Source of the DNA: Zygnema circumcarinatum SAG 698-1b
Taxonomy: Eukaryota > Plantae > Zygnematophyceae
Assembly: GCA_037447605.1 (NCBI GenBank)
Contig: CM074804.1
Location: 5,309,909-5,373,908, forward strand
Length of the DNA stretch: 64,000 nt
Direction: 5' to 3'
Each line of letters begins with the position of its first letter. Position 1 is the stretch's first letter. Below, one piece after another: positions 1 through 11,806 of the stretch. Both the position numbers and the translations under genes were made by a program. The notes below the pieces were generated by a model. The model made no database searches and was not told the DNA's origin. It saw nothing but the letters and a program-made list of their open reading frames with translations.

Positions 1-32
1 AGGAAATGGCCAACTTCCCGTGCTCTTTGACA

Positions 33-2319
33 TCAGCATTCTCTGTTCACCAACTCCAGCAGCCTCCGAGAATCAATTCTGTCTGCTCCAGCTGACATGG
101 CCACAACAAGTACTAATTCCTCTACATAATCCCACTCCACCTCAACAACCCCCTCAAACTCCTCTAAAAACACCTCCATGTTTTTCAATTTCCTCTTCAC
201 CTTCCTTTCACGTTCTGTTCCGTGGCATAGTAGAGATGCCACTGCCTCTTCTGCTGTTATCCCTAAAATCTGCTCAATCACTGGCTCATCGACACGGGCA
301 CTGCACAGAAGACTACCATCCTCCAGCGTCACCACTAATCCAAAGTTTTCCATTTTAAACTCTTTTACAGAAGTAAACAAACACTTGATCCAGTGGCGAC
401 CTGTAAAACCGACCGTTTGGCTGGGCGCAACATTACTTCTTGGATCTGGTCTCAACAGGGTGGCCAAATAAGTGAATGAACGACCCCCCACCTGCCTCAA
501 ATCTGCATCCTCGGCTGATCGCTGCCGAGAGGTTCCTTCGTTTATGATCACTATCTGCACATCTGAATCTTCATCCAGATCTGCAGGACCCCCGCCCTGC
601 TCCGTTGCTCTTCCTCTATCTAACGTTTCTCGATTATCTGCTTCTTCTGGATTGGAATGAATCAAACCACTTCCGATCGAAGAACCTGGCAGATGTTCTG
701 TATCAGCGGTCTGTGCATGGTGGGGTTGCTGATGTCTAACCCTTTGACTTGGAAAGAATGTTGCTTCTGGAGCAACTGACTGCCCAGCAGCGGTATGTTC
801 TCCAGGTTGCATGGATCCTGTCTCCATCTCTGTCCTTACACGCTCCCTTTGCTCTGTCTCTGCTGAACTTACAGAGCCAGAGGCCCTTCCAAAATCTCTA
901 GTAGCCTCCTGCTGCGATACCCTCTGCTCTGAGGTTCTCTGAGCTACGGACTCCATCTGAGGCATGGTTTCTGCCGCGTTTCCCTCACTGTCGTTCGACC
1001 AAGCAGCAGCTGTAGCCTCCTCTCTAAGAGACGGTGTAGGAGGTCCTCCTCCAACTCTGCCAGCTGCGCCTCGTCTGCCTCTTCTCCTCGCACCCCTTGC
1101 CGGTTGGTTCCATCTTTTAACTGCTTTTTTCCTCGCCTTTTCTAAAGCTTCAACGCAGCCGCCAAGGACCTCAACACTTTCAGGCGACAATAGAAGCAAC
1201 CCTCGCCTAACGGGGACGTTCCGCACCACTATTTTGACACCGGCTGGCATATGAATTGCAATTGCGGAGATGCGGCGGTACTCAATTGCGGCGACTCGCT
1301 GCACGCCGTCTGTCAAGCTGAGCTTAAGGCACCGCCCTGGAGGTTCCCCGCCACTCTCGTTGTGGCGCTCTTTTGCAGGAGTGCTAATATCCATGGCTTC
1401 GTCAACCTGCCCAAACAAGAAAGAAGCAAAACATTTCCGTACTTTCTTGTGAAATGCATCTCCGGAGAGCTAAAAGCTGTCAATTGACGTTGTATGTGAA
1501 ATAACATCTAGGAAGTACAATACACTACAGACAGTGCACGAGTGACTTTGCAGACTCCCACCAAAAAACGCTCATCAAAAACGTTTAAAAGGCTTTTCGT
1601 AAAATAACCGTTCACCTCCTAAATATTATAAGTATATTTATCCGAAGAGTAGTGTGACCGTATGCTGAATTAAATGCTGGGGAGAAAATCTCCTTGCATG
1701 CTCAGCTAAGGAGATAGAAGTGAGCTTAAAGGAGAACAATTCGAACAAGTGTGTCCTCCATGTAGCACATTTTTCAAATTAACGATAGGATGCGATGAAA
1801 TTTCAGCTCATAGCTCTGCCTTCCTTCTTTTCATACTTAATCTAATTCCACCCGCATTCTTCATCCCGATCAGCCCGCCTTTTCCATGACATATACAAGC
1901 ACTTCTAGGGTTAAGAGTTTCTCGGAAAACCTAAAGGCGGTAGAAATCCTGGAGAATTCAAAGCCTGAAACCAGAGTATCCCATCTAAATTTTGAAGCCA
2001 CTATACACTGGAACGCCATGACCCGAAGCCCCGACAATACTCCCCAAAAAGAGCGAGTAGCAGATTCCACCTGCAGCACGAAGGGCCCTGCCAGTGTGGC
2101 GTTGTGCAGCGCCGCCACGGCGGGCGGCAGCGTCCCCGCGCCGGAGGCGTTCATGTCGGAGAGGAGGAACTGCGCCAGCCACCGCTCCGGCTCCGCCACC
2201 GCCGCCGCAGCCCCCGCTGCCGAACGTGCGCCCTCCAGATGCTCCGCGCATGCCTGAAGCCACTCGCTCCGCACCGCCACGCCCGCCGCCCGCAGCACCT
2301 CCTGTGCCGCGGCCGCCAT
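33..2319 (-). CDS. RMI1: RecQ-mediated genome instability protein 1 (BTR/RTR complex OB-fold subunit), 2 exons (2319-2071, 1406-33), 540 aa
   Basis: Exon 1 MAAAAQEVLRAAGVAVRSEWLQAC...QFLLSDMN...LAGPFVLQ joins in phase 0 through a GT-AG intron (2070-1407) to VDEAMDISTP...RCLKLSLTDGVQRVAAIEYRRI...GLLLLSPESVEVLGG (N-terminal OB fold). A disordered linker follows, then the C-terminal OB domain (YLATL...WIKCLFTSV...LEDGSLLCSARVD...FLEEFEG). Confidence 0.9.
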
Positions 2320-2609
2320 GGCCTCGCGCAGTCCCCGCTTAGCGCGGGCGAGGACACTTCGCTCGAGCTCTCTGCGACTGCGGCCCTCCCTCGACCCGCC
2401 CTGGGCCGTCCGTCCGTCCGTCCGTCGTTCGGTCGGTCGGTCGGTTCCTGGTCGGTCGGTCCGATCGAGCCGAGGGAACAAACAGATCGCATGTTGCTTC
2501 TAGAAGTAGTACTCGATGCTCCGAGATGCGCATTTAAACCGCAGGAAAACGTACCAGTTCTTTATTTATGTGTACCATACTCTCCTCTACTTCCCTACTT
2601 CCCTTTTTT

Positions 2610-2680
2610 GGGGGTTGTCAGACTTCGCAGAATCTTATGAAAAGCGTCACGAAAGCAGAAGTTACGGAAGCACTCGTCCG
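2610..2680. mobile_element. Partial degenerate MITE of the same family in the RMI1/RBR intergenic region
   Basis: GGGGGTTGTCAGACTTCGCAGAATCTTATGAAAAGCGTCACGAAAGCAGAAGTTACGGAAGCACTC aligns by eye with the reverse complement of 62543-62701. Confidence 0.55.
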
Positions 2681-3009
2681 CAAGGGGCCCGCTGCGGACT
2701 GGCAGAGGTAGCTGCACTGGCGATTCGCCTCACCATATCTCATATTAATTATTGCATTGCGAGCTCGATGCTGTGCGTATGATCTGGAACGCGCGCAGGA
2801 GGATCCACCTGCGACGACTTTTGGATGCGGTCGACTGCGGCTTGCTGCGGAGGTGAACTTTGCAAGGGTGGACTGGAGGGAGGGAGGGAGGGAACTGGAA
2901 AGGGAGGCCCTGGCTTGTTCGCTCATGGCTGCCGAGCGACGCCCATCCTTTTGAAGAATGAAGGAGCGCTCGCCTGCCTAGGGTGGCACCCGCTCCTGTT
3001 CTCCGTGAT

Positions 3010-5127
3010 ATGGCGAATTTCATGACCTCCGATGCATCCGAACCGGTCGCTGCTCACCTTTTCGGCGTTGAGGTTGACAGAGCAACCGCGGAGGCCTACG
3101 ATCTGGATTTTGCTTTCCAGCTGCAGATGGCGGAAGCCATGGCGGCTTCAAGTGGACAGCCCTTGCCCGCTCAGAGTATAGTTGCACCTGTGATCTTGGA
3201 TACCGATGATGTTGCGTTTACCTTTGAGTTACAACAGACTGAGCTTCAGCAGTTCAAGCAATTCTGGCAGGATCGCGAGGTTGCAGAAGATGAAGCAAAA
3301 GAAACTCAGATGGAGTTATCGCTGCGACTGCATGACAGTTCATTCGCGACGGGTTTGCTAAATATCTCTGATGACGAATGGGAAGATCGGGGCGACTTGT
3401 TGGGAGCTCCTTATGATCCGACGCAAAGTGCGGCTATTCAGTGTGTCCTGCAGTTTAATGGAGCCGCCAGGGGAAACCCGGGTCATGGAGGCGCCGCTGC
3501 AGTATTAAAATCATCTGATGGAGCTGTCTTGGGAGTGGTAAAAAAGTATCTCGGTGATAATGTAACTTACGATTTTGCTGAATACTCTGCACTTTTAGAA
3601 GGATTGGAGCTATCGATTGCTTGTGGAGTCAAACGCATTACAGTGTTTGGAGATTCAGAAGCTGTATGCAACCAAGTTAGTGGCCATTGGAGATGTCAAC
3701 ATCGTAATCTGGTTCCTTTGTTGGACCGTGTACAGCATATTCAGTCAAGATTTGAACAATTTTCAATTCAGCAACAGCCGAGAGAAAGTAATTCGCATGC
3801 AGACCGTCTTGCAAACGAGGCTATCGATGAGCATGTTGCGGGAGCCCATTCTAAACTGGCACAGGAGAAGAAAAAGAAAAGGAACAAGAAAAGGAGAAAG
3901 AAAACAATCCAATGTGCTATCTGTCTCGAAGACCTTCCAGCAACTCTGCTTGATTGTATCGAAGCTTGTGGGCACGAGTTTTGTCGAAGCTGTTTAGGAA
4001 CTTATGCTGAGGTGAGAGTCAAGGACAAGCAAGTACCAATTTTGTGTCCGCACCCAGATTGCCATCAAGTCTTATCGAGAGATGAATGCGGACGTATCCT
4101 CCCACCAGCCTCCCTTCAGCTGCTCACTCTAATGGAAACGGAAGCAGCGATTCCGGATTCTGAAAAGGTTTATTGCCCTTTTCCTGACTGCTCGACATTG
4201 ATGGCATTGGGAATTGATACTTCCAGGCCAAGCAGCAGCTCACAACCTCCCTCATCAACCATCGGTGCGGCAGAATGTCATAAATGCTTTCGTTTGTTTT
4301 GCGTGGAATGCCAAGTGCCGTGGCATTCCGAGCGGACGTGTGAGGAATACCAGGCGCTGCCGCCGGATATGCGTGGTGCTGAGGATATGAAGCTGTACCA
4401 ATTGGCTGAAAAGCAAAAATGGCGGCGATGTGCAAAGTGTGGTCGTATGATTGAGCTTGCATCTGGCTGCTATCATATGACCTGCAGGTAACATTCCATG
4501 GCTCCATCGTTCACCATTGTCCTGTTCTATCTGTATCATATTGCAGACTTTGTTGTACTGACATATGGAAGCCATTGTGGAATGGTGATGGCGCCATAGT
4601 AATAAGGGCCCTTCTCTTTTTGCACTCTTTGCGTCCTTCACCTATTCTTTCAATGATGCCCTGATCTTTTTGACATTTGTACGCCCATTACTTCTTGATA
4701 CGTATCTGGTGTGGAACTATGTTGCTATCTTCTGCATGAGTTACTGTACGAGGTGCTCTTACGTTTTACCTTTTCCCCTAAGTTTCTTAGCTATCCCACG
4801 ATCGATACAAGTCAAGGTCATTCAAATTTGGCAAGGTGTTCTAGATTGCTGTTTGATTGTATTCTGAAAGTCGACCACCCATGTGCCTTCCAACAGTGCG
4901 GGAAGATACGAATGGAAATCTCATGCTCCTTTTTTTATAATTGATAATGTTCTAAACTACTTGAGTTTTTTTTTGCGTTGGTCAGGTGTGGATACGAGTT
5001 CTGCTACACGTGCGGCGCTAAATGGCAGGGTGGTGCAGCCACCTGCCACTGTACTCTCTGGGACGAGAGAAACATCATAAGGGATGTGCAGATGGGCGGA
5101 GAACCTGAAGCACGGCCTTTACGGTAA
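3010..5127 (+). CDS. RBR (RING1-IBR-RING2) E3 ubiquitin ligase of the plant RSL1-like type with an N-terminal RNase H-like domain; exons 3010-4487 and 4986-5127
   Basis: N-terminal DLDFAFQLQMAEAMAAS motif; RNase HI-like LQFNGAARGNPG...AEYSALLEGL...FGDSEAV...NSHADRLAN; basic NLS-like KKKKRNKKRRKK; RING1 CAIC...CGHEFCRSC...CPHPDC; IBR CPFPDC...CHKCFRLFCVECQVPWH...C; RING2 CAKC...GCYHMTCR|CGYEFCYTC completed across a phase-2 GT-AG intron; in-frame TAA at 5125-5127. Confidence 0.88.
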
Positions 5128-6600
5128 GGAGAACATCTTGTCCCTTTGTCGGGCTTACCATGCATTTCTCTGCTCATTATTTTCCCTACAGAAAAAATAG
5201 GATCTACTGGTTAGAGACAGATGGCTGTCTATCTTTCCTCGTCTTTGCGTGCGTCTTTTCGTCTGACGAGCTGGTCTTGAGAATTCCCAAGCCCTGGAAT
5301 TTATTAGCTGAGCGGACTCTAAATCCCAGCGACTGTTTCCCTCTCTTTGATACGCTTGCTTCAACTCGTAGTATCTGGCCTTGCTTCTTGCTTTGCTTTT
5401 TCAGTCACGTTCACTGATACAGCCGTTTTTCTCCATCGTGCAAAATCAAATGGAACTATCAAATAGCAACGTTGACAATGATAACTACTATGACAACTAT
5501 GACGACGAGGATGACGATGACGACTACGATGACGACTACGATGATGACTGACGGGAACTCCCATATGGACTTCCACATGCTATCCATGTCGTGTTGTCGG
5601 AAGCGTTCTTTCACCGATCCAGTCCTCAATGCAGGAGGCGAAGGAAAAAGGATATGGTCTGTCGCAGATGGCAGGATCGCAGGATGTTAACTACAAGACG
5701 CTACTTTGCTTAAGTCATTTTTTGGTAGAGAGTGGAAGCTGCTGGAGGAGAGGGAGCCGTGAAAAGCACAAGGGCGATGCCAGTGTCAGGCTTCGAGAGA
5801 AGATCTCGTTGATTGTAAATGCGTCTTTGATGATTGTGTTAGGCTATTGGACAATCAACAAAATTCCGTAGGCAGAAAATAACTGACTCAATCTGAACAG
5901 AAGCAACCAATACTCTGATTTTTTTGCTCTAGATGAATTGTTGCCTCTGCAAGGTAGCTGTGAGCTACTCCATCGCAGAAAAACTGAGCTCCTGTTCCCT
6001 ACAGGAGTTCCGCATGCTGCAAGGAGTCCCCGACTCCAACACCCTTCTCACAAAACAAGGACAAAGGAATAAACTTTTTCCTCTCAAAGGACGTCAGACC
6101 TGAAGCTTTTTGGTCACTGGTAAGAAGAAGAAGAAAGAGGAAGAAGAATGGGTGATTCCAAAACTCGTTGTTGTCCGCAAACGACGTAAAAAAAAGTGAT
6201 TCCACAGATGGAGTGGATAGCTCCTTAAAGCGCTCGAGATGGAAATTCACGTAAGCGGACACAGACTTCCGCTTGACAATAGGACCCTGCAGACAGGCCA
6301 TCCCTGCCAAGGATAATGTGACGACTTAATTAACGCCTCACATCTATAAGCATTAAACAAATTGCATCATCACTTCATGGCTAGAAGTTTTATAACCTTC
6401 AGTCAGGCGTCGCTTCAGTCTAGCTGGTGTCCTTTTATTGACCAGACGATGAGCAGGTGACGAATAGACCTGTCCCTCAAAACGACATATATTTACTATT
6501 CATCAACTATGACAATCAGAGACACAAGGAGAACGGACGACACTACATAGCAATTTTGTATGTCCTAGGCTTGAATAACATAACTTATCAACAAGAAGGG

Positions 6601-9600
6601 TCACTTGATGTAGGCCACTGTACAACCCAAATTCGTGCTGCTCTCTGGTTCATGTTTTGCGACAGCGTTATGTTTTTGCAAGAGTTCCAAAACTGCCTGC
6701 TTTACAGCTCCTGTCCCCAATCCGTGCACAACAAACACAACAGACCCCGGAGCTCGACTTGCTAGAGACAAGTCAAGTTCCCTGACAGCTTCGTCAACTC
6801 GCATTCCCCTCAAATCCACAGTGTTGGCGCTTGTTTGCACTCGAGCATCGTACACTACAGCTGGGGTCCCACCATCCCGGCTAGGTGACTGAGCCTCCTC
6901 AACCCAGACCTTGTTAACCTGCACAAAGACATGGCAAAGGGTTCCCTTCCCATAAAAAAGGCTGAATATGCTGTGCATACGATAGATGCTCCATTCGGCA
7001 GATACTCCCATACCCCCTGCATGGCCAACTCCTTCCACTGCCCGTCTCAACGAACAATGCTGCTTTTCTAGACCATTGATTTCAGTTGACAAGGAAATTA
7101 TCCAACATTCTCCTTTCTCTGGTGTAAGAGGCCATCTTTTCCCAAAACAAGCACCTCAGATGGAGACAGTTCCTTTATAGAAAAAGGTTTAAAATTTCCA
7201 AAATACTAGCGATACAACCCCAACATCCACCATACATGAAGAGTTCTGAAAGCACATTATGAACGTCAACTACGCATTGCAATTATGCATTCTGCCAGCC
7301 GAGTCCCTTTCTCTCCCCTCTCATCACCCTTCCCTCTTCAAGGAAGACAACATGACTTCATCCGCCAGCCAATGCACTTCCATTTTCTTTCCCTTCTGTT
7401 CTTTCTTTTTCAGTGCATGATTTTGAACAACTGACCTTCGTTTGCCACACTTTCAGCCTCTTCATCTGCGCTGAGGCCACACTATCATCACCCTTGACTT
7501 CTGCACCGTGAAGCACCTCAGCAGGCAGAACCTCTTTGGCCTTCACAGTCATTCTCATCATGCCGAGCTGCACTGTAAGCTCCTGTCCGCTCTCTGACAA
7601 CTCCACGACTGTAACAGGCGAGTTTCCAAGTTTCCTCACTACTACCTTGTCTCCAATGGAAGGGACCCAATGACCATCTCCTTGGGTAGTGTAAGAGGCC
7701 GCACCTCCTCTACTACCCATTCTAGGGGATCCCATAGCTGTCAGCTCTGCTGGAGAGACGACAAATTCACTCACAATTCGAGCAACCTCTGCCGAAACGT
7801 TCTCAAATGCCACCTCTAACGCTACTATCTCTCCTTGTTCTCCACCGCCTTGCCTCTCCTTCACCTGTACTTGCGGGTCAAATGGTGCTACACCGGCTCC
7901 AGTTGCTTCAGAAGATACGTCCATAGCCACCAGCTTCTTCAATCGTGCCACCTGTGCTGCTATTCGCTGCTGTGCAGTGGACACCGCAACAGAAAGCTCG
8001 CCTTCTTGCTGCCGTAGCTGCAGTCGCTCCCTGTTCTGAAGATCATCGCTTTCTTCCTTGATCTGTCCCAAGAAACCATGTTTTCCTCAGTCTGCAACAA
8101 ATGGAAAACAAGCTAATACCTACATCAAAGCAGCATCTGTAAGACATGCCACACGATATAGCACTTCCAGGATATTGCGGATCCCGGAAACGGTGAATCA
8201 AGAATATGTGGATGTTATAAACGCAGCCTTTCGATACAGCTGAAAACTCACCAATGAATAGAGTTGATCTGCTGCTTCTCGCGATTTATGGGCAGCTCTA
8301 GCTCGCTCCTGCTGGGCTTGCTTTTGGCTGAGCAACGGGCCAATGAGATCGCTTGATCTTGTGCCTGCTTGAGAAGGTGACAGCTCAGTTGCCAGCTGGC
8401 GAGCCCGGGCCAAAACCTTGTGATCGAAGTTGAGGGCCGCTGCAATGGAGAAGGCGTTTGATTGACCAGGCTGGCCCCATAGGACGCGGTAGGTGGGCCG
8501 CAAGGTCTCTGTATCAAACTCCACCGAAGCATTTTCAAATCTCAAATCTGAAGCCTGCATTGCAGCCAGAGGAACGTACATGAAAAAGGTGGATATCGTT
8601 CGAACATTATATACAATGACACCGAGATGCTAAAAGTGCAGATCAAGCATTCGTCTCGCTGTTTGAATTAACTTTCGTTCAGTAGCCATCCAATACAAAG
8701 CAATCGTGTTTGCGTAAGAACAAGACTAAACAGAATGAGTTAGGTGCACAGAACTTGCAGAAACTGCTTAACTTGGACAGTCTTTCATGGGATTGGTTTC
8801 TGCATACCATACCTTGAGACGCTTTAGTTCTGCGTAATGCGTTGTAGCCACTGCCAATTTGGTGGTCTGTGCCAGATGGCGCAGCACTGCTGCCGCCAAA
8901 GAAGCACCTTCGAGAGGATCTGTGCCACTTCCTACTTCATCCAGGAGAACCAATGATGAAGTATCGGCTGCCTGTAATATGCGAGCAAGGCGACGAATAT
9001 GCCCACTGAAGGTTGAAAGGCTTTGCTCCAAAGACTGCACACAGAACAGCAACGCGAGCAGAAAAGGATTTGATACTTAGACTGGAGCGACTATGCTTTA
9101 TGGCAATACTTCTGCATCCACATACACCCCCACAACCTGCGCTCTCCATGATTTTTGCGAGAAACACGGCTTCGTCAGAAAGTCAAATCATGTGCTCAAA
9201 TTAAAGGTTCAGTTAAAGGCTTGAAGCTCACCTGTTCATCTCCAATATCTGCCAGCACGAGATTGAACCAGGGCAAAATCACCTGTCCACTAGCTGGGAT
9301 ATATAGGCCAGCTTTAGCCATAAGAGCCGCCATCCCCAGAGTCTTCAATGCAGCTGTTTTCCCGCCGGTATTGGGTCCAGTAATAGCAACAACGTTGACA
9401 TGTGAAGCAATCTTGATATCAATCGGTACGGGTAACGTTGTTGGAGAGTTCCCATTGGAGACTGTTGACGGGAAGGTGTTCTCAAGGTCTGCTGAAACCT
9501 GAGATATTGATGAAGCCCTATGCGACATTTTCCTTGGTTCACTCTTCACTTTGTTGGGCAATTGAAGTGCACGTCCAAGTAGCAGAGGATGCCTGACGTT

Positions 9601-11313
9601 CGGAATGTGAACCTTCCACAAAGCATCTAAATTCACAGCTTCTGATCCTGCGTCACTCTCTGCACCTCCTCCTGCCAAAATGTCCCCACCCAATGATCCC
9701 GAGAATCTGGGCCGAACAGCACCAAGCCAATTAGCATGGCCAGCCCGCGCGACCGTAAGATCAAGAGTAGTAATGCGTTCAAGAATGTCGCTTATCTCCA
9801 AGTGGCAGCTTGCTACCTCACTGGTAAGCATATCCAAAATAGCTGCTATCTCGTCGGCTTCCTCAGATGCTAGCTCGGCTTCTGTGTTGTTTAATTCTAT
9901 GGCCAACGCAGGCTCGATAAACAAAGTAGCACCGCTATTGCTCACATCAATGGTCAGTCCGCCTGGAAGCAGATTTTTAAAACCTGCACGGACACCAACA
10001 CAGAGTCGGCCTCTTCTCAGCACCACAAGTGGCCCATCGCTTGCCCCGGCCTCATGAAGCTTTCGAGCAGATTCTGTCAACATGCCTTGTAGTTCTTTGC
10101 TGTTAGCAGCACGGCGATGCCTTACATCTGTCAGTTTTTTACTAGCCCTGTCTAAAACTCTCCCCAGTGATCCGTCCAAGCAATGCTCGATGTTTGTGAG
10201 AAGTTCTGAACAGAGGTTTGCCCCCTGAAGGGTTGTCTGTAAAGGTCCCTGTCTCAGGTTTTCCTTAACGACGACCCCTCCAGCAGAAGGTACAGCTTCT
10301 AAACTTTTCCCAGATTCGAAAGGATCACCAACGACTCCAGGAACTGGCTTTACTAACATATCGTCTGCATGAAGCAATTCATTATCTAGCTCATTTAAAG
10401 GTACAAGGTCTTGGGAACTCCTAGGTGCTTCAACATCCTTCAACGCCAGTTGATTGCCTACATTTATTTGCTGTGAACTTTCACCTATACCCGTAAAAGT
10501 GACAGTAGCCGTTGTTGGCAAAGGTGATCTCACATCTAGTTGGTGGTGAAGTCGCCTTGCGGCCTGCAAGGTAGTTGCAACATTCCAAAGCTCCTGAAGT
10601 GAACAAGACATCTTTACTCTTGCCTTCTCAATTGTCGTCCTGAGGTCTTCCACCCCGGAAAAATCAAGAGTTTTATCAATAGCGAGGGCTGCTGCAGTTT
10701 CCTCAATGAGCTGTTCGCTTGCATGAATTGACATCCCGAGTGGAAGCCGACCCTGTGACGCGATAGCAGCTCCCATCGGAGTGCAGGTAAAATAAATCAG
10801 CTGATGGCAGACGAGGGGCCATTCCAGGAGGTCCAGGGCCTCTTCGTGCACATTGAGTTCCTGCTCCTCGTCACTCCATTCATCCTCTTCTACATCCTCG
10901 TCGTCTTCTTCCACACTCTCCTCTGGATTGACTTCCGGTCTTAACTCAGCTTCTGCTGTCTCAACGTCAGATTGCCCTGGCCTAGAATCCTCATCGTCAG
11001 GAAAGAAACAGGATATCCGATCCTCAAACTCTGCAAAATTTCCACTCAAGCCTGCGTTGCTTGAAGCTACCTGCACCCTCGACATCTCTTTCCATCTCAT
11101 CTGGCTCCGCCTTTGTCCAGTACCATTCTTGGTGCTGCAGACGATCCGTGGCCCTGGCAGCCGCTTCCATTGAAAACTATCCTGAGGCACTACCCCGCTC
11201 ACAAGCCTGCTGCAAGTCTGCAGTCTTAGCATCATGTCTCTGGCCGTGAACTTTGCAATAGTCGCTTTGGGCAGGTAAGTGAGACAGACTCCACTTCTGC
11301 CGATATCACACAT
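6601..11313 (-). CDS. MUTS2: MutS2 family ATPase with C-terminal Smr domain, probably plastid-targeted, multi-exon; 5' end uncertain
   Basis: EALDLLEWPLVC N-terminus; Walker A ITGPNTGGKT; ADIGDEQ|SLEQSLSTFSGH; LLDEVGSGTDPLEG; TTHYAEL; ENASVEFDTETLRPTYRVLWGQPGQSNA; KOW-like GDKVVVRKLG; Smr domain VDLRGMRVDEA...VHGLGTGAVK ending at stop 6601. The N-terminal Ser/Arg-rich stretch resembles a transit peptide. Confidence 0.92.
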
Positions 11314-11604
11314 CTTGCTGGAGCACCTGCTTGAATATGGCTAAAGGGACTGCAATTCAGCAGCAAACCCGCTGTCACTTGCACCTTGAGGTTATCCTCT
11401 ATTGGGCCAACTTCACTTTCTGCATCTGCGCCATTGCCTGCATGGGGAGTCACAAGTTCATGCTCAGAAATATCTTCAGATGACATACCTGCACCCGCCG
11501 CCCATCTGCTGTACGTAGTCAATATGTCAGCTTTGAAGGGGAACTTGACCTCAGAGATTTACAAATATTTCGCTTTTCTTCAATAGTCTGCCCTAAAATC
11601 TTCG

Positions 11605-11613
11605 AAACCCTAA
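11605..11613 (+). promoter_or_regulatory. Telo-box AAACCCTAA in the MutS2/HAS1 bidirectional promoter
   Basis: Exact AAACCCTAA about 200 bp upstream of the helicase ATG (11807). Telo-boxes are typical of plant ribosome-biogenesis gene promoters, but a 9-mer can occur by chance. Confidence 0.4.
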
Positions 11614-11806
11614 ATGCTCGGCGCCCGCCGTCGACACTCGCTTTCTTGCACTCGTCGCCGCCGCAGACATTTCCTCACAGGGCGAGAGGCGTTGGAAGAA
11701 GAAGGCAGCCAGCCGGGTACAAAGACCGGTTATCCTTCCTTCCTGCATACCGTATTCGCGGTTGTGGAACCTTGAGACTAGGGACTGCAGGATTAAATTG
11801 AGGAGA

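Noticed and set aside
11232-11522. Upstream ORF on the minus strand as an additional MutS2 5' exon
   Set aside because: It has no homology signal, and a plausible transit peptide already starts at 11313; it cannot be resolved without transcripts.
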